Origin: Wallemia ichthyophaga EXF-994
Lineage: Eukaryota > Fungi > Basidiomycota
Length of the DNA: 32,000 bases
Direction: 5' to 3'
NCBI RefSeq assembly: GCF_000400465.1
Contig: NW_008806304.1
Location: forward strand, 5,938 to 37,937
The notes beneath the pieces are model-generated. The model was not told the origin of the DNA and did no database searches. It saw only the letters and a program-made list of their open reading frames with translations. Of this stretch, positions 21,591 to 32,000 are shown in pieces. The number at the start of each line of letters is the position of its first letter. The stretch's first letter is position 1. Both the position numbers and the translations under genes were made by a program.

Positions 21591-22511
21591 TTATTCTGCC
21601 TTGCTCTTATTGCTGCCATTGCTACCATCCCTCCTGTTGCTGGTCCCGCTCCTGCCCCTGTTATCACCCCGCGCATGCACGACGACAGCTTTGAAGAAAT
21701 ACGCACAAGTCAGCACGAGCATGACGACCGAGCGAGCGCCGAGGTGAGTGTGAGAGGGAGAATCAGAGATGGCTGTGTAGTCAGGATGCGAGTGAGTCAA
21801 CACGCCGTACAACACGGTGCACAAAAGCGCGATCCACAACTCGAGTGTGTCTATCCAGCCGACGCCATCGCGCAGGGGATGAGGAGTAGAGAGAGACCAG
21901 CCGAGGGGACGCGTAACGCCTAGCACGCCCCCAATGAGCGAGCCCGCAGAAGGTGCCAGAGTACCCAGCACCAATTGGGGAAAGAGGGAGTGGGCGTAGT
22001 TTGGGTGGCGCGCGCTGCCTAGCACTGCCCCTGTCAGTGCCCCACTCCGTAGCAGTCCGTCTACCAGCGGACATGCAAAATCTACAACTTGAGCCGGGGG
22101 CGTAGGGAGATAGCGCAGAAACATGTGCACCGTAACGTAGTTGATGAGCGGGTATGGCGAAAGCAGCTGCGTGTACGGCTGCTGCAGTATACTCGCTATC
22201 AATATCGATCCCGACCACGCTAGGACGAGGTAGTTGCCGATGTATGCGGCGATATGGGACCGCTTTGGCGGGCGGAGCGATTCGCTCACGGTTTCAGATT
22301 CACGTTCGGTTTCATATTCTGCTTGGCTTTTTGCTGTGTATGCTAGCGATATGCGCGCGGCATCTGTACAGTGTGAGCGAGTGCTGCGCATCAGAAGCAT
22401 GAGCCACCCACGAAGCGTCGTGATCCACGGGAAGGGATAGAGTACACGGTGCACGTCCACGCTGCTCCCTTCGATCAGCACCGATAGAGCCCTTAACAAT
22501 GCTGGCCACAT
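21591..22511 (-). CDS. Multi-pass membrane protein, possibly TRIC/TMEM38-like channel
   Basis: Single long ORF with about 6-7 hydrophobic segments. First in-frame ATG is 22511 (MWPALL...). The TRIC resemblance is by eye only. Confidence 0.6.
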   Translation of the reverse strand: MWPALLRALSVLIEGSSVDVHRVLYPFPWITTLRGWLMLLMRSTRSHCTDAARISLAYTAKSQAEYETERESETVSESLRPPKRSHIAAYIGNYLVLAWSGSILIASILQQPYTQLLSPYPLINYVTVHMFLRYLPTPPAQVVDFACPLVDGLLRSGALTGAVLGSARHPNYAHSLFPQLVLGTLAPSAGSLIGGVLGVTRPLGWSLSTPHPLRDGVGWIDTLELWIALLCTVLYGVLTHSHPDYTAISDSPSHTHLGARSVVMLVLTCAYFFKAVVVHARGDNRGRSGTSNRRDGSNGSNKSKAE

Positions 22512-22707
22512 GAACCTGTCAATTTGGAAGAAACACACAAATTACTTTCAGAAAGCATAAAGATGCTGACATCTACTAGCTACCAGTGCGCTTCTAGCCT
22601 ACTCCCATCCTCATATTGCTCAAACCTCGACTCGCACTTCAAGACATGAACGTGAAAATCAATTTGCAATTCAGATACACAAATCCAGACAGCGCGCGCT
22701 GAATATA

Positions 22708-24260
22708 TCAGTTAAACAGTATCTCATTTGATTTCTCTACTGTGCGCTCAGCACCGGGGGAAGCCCCCTGTGGACGAGGAAATGGCTCCAAGCCGAGCAA
22801 CTGGCGTGAAGGACCAGCCTCGACGTTTTCTGGGAGCATTCGACCAAAGAAGTGACTCTCGCCCTCGCCGCCCGGGAAGTCAGATGGCGGCAGACCCTTG
22901 ATGAATCTGCTCCTCTGATCGACGAGATAATGCGCGTTGTTGATGGTGAGTGGTATGGCTGGTATGTAGAGAACACTGGAGTCGCTCTGTCCGTGATGCT
23001 CCGGCTCCACGGCGTGCACTACGTCGCTGTGCCAGTACACCTGGTCGCCAGGTGAGAGACTTGGCGCAGACACCATCGTCTTATCGAGCTGCAAGTGCGG
23101 GTGCGTGTGACTGCTCAGCTCCTGCGTCCTACCCTGTGAGCCGCCTGGGAAGTGCGTGCTCTCCAGATCCAGCTTCCAATCGCTGAAGTCCAGATGCTGC
23201 GGGGTCCTGACAGGCGCAAAGAATGGCCGAAGAATGATATACGCTGTTGCTAGCTTGAGATCGACTGGCAGAACTTTGAGTGTACCCTCGCGTGGCCCGA
23301 CCTTGCTCAAACTCGTCCAGCCTTTGTTTTTGGCGCAAGGTTAGAGAATTACGGTCGAAAAGTTTACATCCCTCACTCACCCTGGAACGGTCTGTAGACT
23401 GAACAGCCTCCTGCTGCACCATACAAGTCAAATTGCGCATTCAAGCGAGGCGACACGTCGAATGGGTCATGCTCCTCCCAGTTGCCTTGGAGGATGTGCT
23501 TCCAGCATGCCCTGTATCCTGGATCCTCCCAGCGCTCCAGAGAACCACCATCGATATGAGGCCCCAGTGCAAATTGGGAATCGCCCGGCTTGCGAATTCT
23601 CAATCTGTCCAAGTAAGACATGACAGAACCAAGACTGATCTCAGATTGCGGATCGCTGGCATGGAGAAGGTTAAGGAGGAACTCCTGCGTCTGTCTCAAA
23701 GCAGGATGACATCTGGCCTCAGTCTGAGCCACAGAGTGGTACAACTCGAACACCTGGACATCATCTGCAGGGAACCCCCTCACTCTGTCCTTATTCGCAC
23801 GCGCATAGTCGCGGATAGACTGCTTCCAGCGGAGCGCCTCACCCTCAGGCACACCCCCATCGACTACCACCGAGCCGACTTTCTTGATGCGTTCTAGTAT
23901 ATCTACATCCATACCACTCTTTATCTGATGGAAAGGTAGGCGCGGGATAGCGTCTGAGCCGAGAGCTTCGACGTGCTCGACCTCCATCTTCAGTCTACTG
24001 AGAACGTCTCTCCATGATTCAATCAGACTGTCCTTCCACATATTCTTCTTGAGATGAGAAAATCGCTGTGGAAGCTCCACCGGCTTGTCACCCGAGAGCG
24101 ATGCAAAGACACTGGCGATAGAGCCCTCCTCTTTCTCTTTAGGCGGCGCTTTAGGAGGTGCTTTTGTGGCGAGGAGTCGCGAATATGACCCGACAGCCTT
24201 TTTTGTAGTTGTCTTTGTTGCCATGGCACTTGTGCGTTTTGTAATACTCAGATAAACCAT
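22708..24260 (-). CDS. DUF1479 (YbiU/Gig2-like) non-heme Fe oxygenase, probable mitochondrial presequence
   Basis: Motifs YLDRLRIRKPGD, LGPHIDGGSLERWED, FQG-WTSLS (intron 23322-23380), GDQVYWHSDVVHAVE, SVLYIPAIPLT..NA.YL..QR..F..G.PP.DF. TATA-like TATACATAAAAG lies about 55-65 bp upstream of ATG 24260. Confidence 0.9.
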
Positions 24261-24582
24261 CTTGCCTTTGACACCTGGACTGATGATAATCAACCCGATT
24301 AGCGAGCAAGACCTTTTATGTATATCCAGCGCGGCTTTCGTGCAATTTGAGGTTACTTTCCAGGGCGCAGCATGGGGCTCCGATGGAGGCGTGGCGTGGT
24401 GAGGTGTGGGGTTGGTTGAGAGTGGGGCAGGCGTGTCTTTGCGCTCACAGCGCAGCTTCTCAGTTGTACTACCTCGGCTAAACCTTGATCACATGCGAGC
24501 AAGTCGGACATGCACGAGCACAGTAAAATGTAATTTCGAGAAGCTCAGTCCCCGTCTATTAAAAACACAGCGATAGATACAC

Positions 24583-26659
24583 CTAGACATTTCTACAAAC
24601 ATCCAAAACCTTATACCCGAAGTCAAACACAACATCTTGATAACTTACGTATATCTGCGCGGAGATCCTAGCCCATAAGGAGAATGCGTGATGATATACA
24701 GATACAGAGTACTTCTTACTCGACCAAGACGGATGCATAAGTTGGTGTTGGATCGACTTGGCCAAATCAGCCATATTAGTATGAGGATCCAGCTGTGAGA
24801 GATCTACCGGCAACTGTACGTTGACCATGTTCGAAGTGAGTTCGTAAGCGTCATTATCAAGTAGACAAGTGCCCCACAACTCAGCGAGTGCTTTACCAGA
24901 CTGGATAGCCAGACTGCTGCAATACTGATTGATGCGCGCCTCGCCTCCGATTTGCTCCCGATAATCTAATGCACAGTTTACACTGAGATAAGCGGTGAGA
25001 TCCATCGTACCGCTCCAAGAATGAATTGTTGCAAATGTGAATCCTCTGCCACTACCCGTCACATCTGGGGCGTTGTAAAATGGTCCTGTCGGCATACTCG
25101 ACTTGAACAGCTTCTGGTTTTCTTTGGAGACGTACATCACCCCACAACCACGCTGCGTGTATAGCCATTTGTGGCAGTTTGACACCCAGAAATCTGGCTG
25201 TGCTTCTTTGAGATCTACATCCTGATGGCCGATCTCCTGTGCTGCATCCACCAAACTGAGTACTTGGTTTTTTCTACACACATCCACTAGTCGCTGCCAA
25301 GGCAGCCTGCAGCCGGGTTTGGAGCTTATCGCATCTATCAGCGCCAGTTTGGGACTGGCTGAGCCCATCAGGGTTGTCTCAAAGCTTGCGATAATGTCGT
25401 CGTGTGTAGTTGGGAACGATAGAGGTATAATTGTCATTCGCAGGCCGGGGTTGTTGTCGAGAACAGATCGGCAGGCATTTACGCAGCTGTTCGGACGTTA
25501 GCGGTGTTTAAGGTACGTGAAGCATCTCACACCTTGGATAAGACGTACTAAACACAAAGATTTCATCTTCCGGGTTGAATTTTACGTTTGCCAGTACTTC
25601 ACTGACACCATGTGTGGCATTCTAGGTGTGTCAGAAGTCATCAAAGCGTGTCATTAAACCCACCGGTACAAACACCAGATCCTCATCGTCGCAATTCACC
25701 AGCTTAGACAATCTTCGCCGTGCTTGGTTGAGGGGTGCCTCGTACTCCGCCTCAACATACCACAAGTCCGGGTTAGCCTCCACTTTATCTTGTATCTTCC
25801 TGTAGGCTTGCATTACGGGTTTGGGGACAGCGCCAAAAGAACCTGTGGGTTGTGAGGGAGGTTGTACGCAAGACATCATAACAACAAACCGTGATTCAGA
25901 TTTACTGCGATCGGTCGTAAGCGAGTTCCATCCATGCTCATGAGACCCACCATAGTCATCGCTAAAGAAGAAGTCTTGCCTTCTGTCTCTCCCAAACTCT
26001 GACGCTCTGGGTTTTGGTGTCTGTGCACGCGAGCCTGATTCGCTGCTATCCAGCCTTTTATCATCTCGGAGGAAGGCAAAGTTCGTTGAATTGTTATCGG
26101 GGGTATTATCAGGGTTGTTATCGGGATTGTACGTAATATAGTCCAGCTTAACCCATTTGTGCAGTTTCTCTTTCACAAAAGCGTCAAAAGTCCACAGCGT
26201 TTTTTCCAGTCGCTCGCTCCCGTCTCTCCAGACGTAAACCTCGCAATCGACTTGATCGATGACATCTCCAGCCACCTTGGCGGTCGAAGGCTTCCAATCT
26301 TCTGAGCAAATCTCTTTTGGCGTTATCCTGTAGGCTTTCGTGGCCACTCTATCATACTCGTACCCTTCAAAGCGGTCAAATAGACTGATATGCTCATCTG
26401 TAAGCCCTTCGATAAGAGCTCCGCGTACTGTGGATTCTTCTTCCGTGAGACTTCTCTCGAGTATTGCTTCACTGTCTGTGGTGATTGCGGGATAGTCTTC
26501 TCCGATTACGTGGTGTCGCGTGTAGCCAAACAGCAGTGCATTCGATATCCTCAGCTGGGAGAGATTATCCTGATTGAGGACACTCTTGACTATCTGGGGC
26601 ACCATCAGTGTACCATAACACAATATCGTGCGATTCCCGCTTTTCGTATGCACGGCCAT
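24583..26659 (-). CDS. Fusion: N-terminal gamma-glutamylcyclotransferase (AIG2-like) domain plus class-V PLP C-S lyase (Egt2/cysteine desulfhydrase-like)
   Basis: GGCT motifs LCYGTLM, GYTRHHV..EDYPAI, VRGALI, LFDRFEGYEY. The linker has no stop and no Met. Lyase motifs FGRD...DDYVNLNHGSFGAVP (introns 25905-25950 and 25843-25889 flank a 15-nt exon), DLVFVPNATHGV (two more short introns at about 25622-25663 and 25487-25532), VDAAQEIGH, PLP lysine WVSNCHKW, WARISAQIY. Confidence 0.85.
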
Positions 26660-26766
26660 GATGACTTTATTAATCAACGGAAGTTGGCAAGACAAGCGCA
26701 TTGCACAGAAATATACAAAAAACAATGTGAATCACCTATAGATACATTTCCCAAGTTCATCGTGCA

Positions 26767-28749
<1,983 letters not shown>

Positions 28750-28961
28750 GATGATCGCCGTTTAGGTATAAGAGTAATTAACTCGACAATCGCCCCTATC
28801 TCCGGAATAAAATTAAAAATGGGAACATATGATGTAGCTTTGTGAATTAAATGTGAAATATAATTATTCTAAAATACTAGGAATTTGAACACCAATTCTA
28901 AATAATATTACATCTGTAATCTTACTAAACTCCTCTGTCTCCTTTATCTCCTCCATCTAAT

Positions 28962-30686
28962 ATGTCAGATGCCTTCAGTTTGCTGACCAAATCCGGTACT
29001 TTCTTTAATAAAAACAAGTTTAATAATGATATAAAGCTGTTCAATGTTAGTTCTACCTTTTTCTCCGCTTTTCCCGGCTTTTCTTACAAAGCGTAGAAAT
29101 CTCAGCGACAAGACGCTCAGCAGGTCAATCAGCATGACACACAGCAGCTCCCAAAAGATTTAGATTTCTTTGGAGACTTAAAGCATTCCGACAAACCCGT
29201 TAAACCCGCTAAGCAGCAATCAGAAACTCAGTACACACAGTACACTCCACCTACGATCGATGAATCCAACAAGCTTAGGAAGCAAATGCATGTTAATGTA
29301 TCGGATAATGCTCAGCCTCCACTAAGATCTGTACAAGAACTCAAAACAGCTCTCAACTTTGAAAATTACTTGATGCGCAATATCAGCTTCTTAAATGAGC
29401 TCACTCCTGTTCAATCTCAAGCTATTCCACTCGCTTGCTCTGATAGAGATGTTCTCGCCGTTGCTCCAACTGGCTCTGGTAAAACTCTCGCTTACTTACT
29501 CCCTCTTCTCCACACGCTCGCACAACCAAAGAAAGAAGGTTTCAGAGCTGTAATCATCTCTCCAACCCGTGAACTCGCTCAACAAATACGCAACGAGCTC
29601 GCAAGAGTTGGTATTGGCAGGAGATGGCGTGTTTCCATTCTCAGCAAAGCAAACCAAGCTACTATCAAGTCTGATCCTTCAACACGCTCCAAGCATGACA
29701 TCCTCATTTCCACCCCTCTCCGCCTTAAACACGCGATCGAGTCTGAGGAAGTAGATTTGTCAAACGTGCGCAACCTCATCCTCGACGAAGCTGATAGATT
29801 ACTCGAAATGGGTTTCGTAGATCAGGTAGATACTATCGTTGGCGCCTGCTCTCACCCTTCACTGCGCAAATCTCTCTTCACAGCCACGCTGCCAGCCTCA
29901 GTTGAAGAAATTGCACAAAATATTCTCCGCCTACCAGTCAGAATGCTTATTGGGCGCAAAGACGCAGCAGCTCAAGGCGTTAACCAGAAACTAACCTATG
30001 TCGGTAGAGAGGATGGCAAGCTGCTCGCTCTCAGACAGCTCGTTCAAGAAGGACAGATGAAACCGCCTGTGCTAATATTCGTGCAGAGCGTCGACAGGGC
30101 GAATGAACTCTTCAATGAGCTTGTTTATGATGGAGTCAGAGTTGATGTCATCCACGGTGAACGCACACCAGCTCAGCGAGACGACGTAGTGAGACAATTC
30201 CGCAGAGGTGATGTGTGGGTGTTGATCGCCACCGACGTTCTCGCACGCGGTATAGACGTACAGGCTATCAATCTCGTACTTAACTACGATTTTCCTCAAT
30301 CCCCCGCTTCGTATGTCCATAGAGTCGGTCGTACGGGCAGAGCTGGCAGGGTCGGTCAGGCCATCACCTTCTTCACTAATGACGACGCTCCATATCTCAA
30401 ATCTGTCGTTAATGTCATGAAAAGCAGCGGATGCGACGTGCCTGAGTGGATGCTCAAACTTAAGAAACCTTCAAGCAATCAGCGCAAGGCTTTGAAAAAG
30501 AGACCGATCGAGAGAGAGACCGTTCACGAAGCTGCTGGTACCAACGTCGGTAGAGAGGATGTAAGAAAACACAAACAAATTGTCAACGCTTCCAAGCGGA
30601 GGAAGGTGGCGAATGAGGTGAAAGAGCAGGATCAGCACCAGGAACAGGACCAGGAACACAAGCATAGTGATGATCAATCTCGATAA
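28962..30686 (+). CDS. ROK1: DEAD-box RNA helicase Rok1 (DDX52), 40S biogenesis
   Basis: MSDAFSLLTKSG..FNKNKFNNDIKLF, intron 29046-29096, then LPKDLDFF, APTGSGKTLAY, LDEADRLL, LFTAT, HRVGRTGRAG, VNVMKSSGCDVPEWML. Confidence 0.93.
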
Positions 30687-30719
30687 AGTATAATTTTATT
30701 ACTTATAGAATATAATTTA

Positions 30720-32000
30720 TTTGTTGACTTATTGCTCGTCGTGTTTAATCTGTCTAATGATATTCTTGATAACATCGACAAGGTGTCCTAAGATATATTT
30801 TCACAGTTTGATGATGATGAAAAAATTATTCTATCAAAAGCAACAAAACATTCTGGAAAAAAAGCAAAGATTAAAGAATTGAAATCTCGCAACGAGATCA
30901 CATCTTTGTGCGCACGAAGCAACTATTCGTTAGCAAACGAACCCCCACATTTTACTGCAGTGTCGCCGAATTCGTCTTAGATGCGTATGATTCTAATAAA
31001 TGCAACATTGATGTCATTAATCAAACGGCTAGGACATCACTAACGCATGAACAGAACTGTACATGATTTTACAATCGATACTATTGCTATGGAAGAGTAT
31101 GAAGATGTTCAACACACTTTATGTTATCAGGACGACGTTGAATTTATGACAAGATAGCTATTCAATATTCAGGAATGTTTTTCGAAAATTCCACACTTTT
31201 TCCCGATTTTCCAATTAAATTACCAAGAATTCTCAAAATTCGTTGTTTGAAAGTTTATGGGCGGTGTATGACTTGAAAGTTGATTTGAGCAATATCAATG
31301 ATAATTTTAAGAGATTTTGCAAATTTCTGATTTAAAAATGACGTAATATCGCAATAGACAAATTCGCGCAGTATTTGCCGCTGTCGATTATCTTTCACTT
31401 CTCGATATCGACGAAAATCTTGATGGCGCCTCATTTGAGGTAATAAACCATCCAAAAAATGAATCCCTAAAAACTACACTGTCTTTCAATAAATATTTAT
31501 TAGGTCTCAACCAGATGTGTTCGTTTCGGTACATTTAATCAGCTCAAAGATTTTCAATCGAGACCGTGTGCGTGGATTTTAACGAAGCAACTTTTGAATC
31601 TGTGGAAGAGCTTAGACTCAAAGATGCTCTAGAAAGTATCTCAAGTATTGTAAGACTTTCATGATCTTTGAGAAAGCTCACTTTAAGCTCAAATAGGATC
31701 CATCCTGAAAATTTCGATCCGCATCCTGATTGGATGGGCTTACTTTGTTCAAAGATTCAATAATTCTTGATTTAAGTTCTTTTAACTCATTCTAATTTTA
31801 ACTAAGGATTATATAACAAGGCTATGCCAATCTTAGAGGAGTTTAGAATAGAAAGTAGGAATAAAATTACAGAATCAATTTGAATTTAAGTTCAAGCATC
31901 CCTACTGGCAATAAAACGGCTTTTGGTTCCAAATCAAATCTCAAACCAATTTTCAATATACCATTGCTGTATATCTCATGAAACATTTTATAATGAGTCG
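30720..32000 (+). pseudogene. AT-rich decayed gene, possibly F-box/LRR-like
   Basis: F-box-like FNLSNDILDNI with no ATG. Two well-formed introns (30908-30960, 30985-31054) join reading frames correctly, but in-frame stops occur at 30789, 31155, 31536, 31662, 31761, 31773 and 31803. LRR-like SLRKLTLSSNRI is present. An intron-rich intact gene cannot be fully excluded. Confidence 0.45.

Noticed and set aside
24294-24490. About 65 open codons in frame upstream of the DUF1479 ORF, suggesting read-through from the GGCT-lyase gene
   Set aside because: No ATG in the stretch, an in-frame TGA precedes it, and a TATA-like element lies just upstream of ATG 24260. Best explained as chance openness in GC-rich DNA.
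28780-28900. Putative STRE (CCCCT) and heat-shock-like GAA/TTC elements in the polyubiquitin/ROK1 promoter
   Set aside because: Single short or imperfect matches are expected by chance; no canonical triple nGAAn array.

Overview
This is eukaryotic (fungal, basidiomycete-like) genomic DNA with extreme compaction: most introns are 45-60 nt, with GTGAGT/GTGGGT/GTAAGT donors and CTAAC/CTCAC branch sites, and intergenic gaps are 31-350 bp. That architecture resembles the very small genomes of Wallemia-type fungi (inference, not verified). I can support 19 intact protein-coding genes (one truncated by the window edge) and one probable pseudogene. In order: OPT transporter (partial), PAC3, GH5 glucanase, ALG3, RPT6, a small hypothetical, TRM4/NCL1, SPB4, a Zn2Cys6 transcription factor, SDH7, COX12 (absent from the ORF track, found by manual splicing), PRP18, eIF4B, RPS30 (also absent from the track), a YFH7-like kinase, PalA/RIM20, a TRIC-like membrane protein, a DUF1479 oxygenase, a GGCT/PLP C-S lyase fusion, an 8-unit polyubiquitin, ROK1, and a decayed F-box-like gene. 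The most interesting candidate is the in-frame fusion of a gamma-glutamylcyclotransferase (AIG2-like) domain to an Egt2-like PLP C-S lyase, lying in tandem with a DUF1479 non-heme-iron oxygenase. This recalls the oxidise / deglutamylate / C-S-cleave logic of EgtB-EgtC-EgtE. Other oddities are a Ser20->Gln substitution in every ubiquitin unit, three start-codon gaps of only 31-32 bp, a GC-rich domain with CA-rich insertions, and introns whose donor is complementary to their branch region. I found no tRNA, rRNA, CRISPR array or intact mobile element. All assignments come from motif recognition by eye; no database searches were run.
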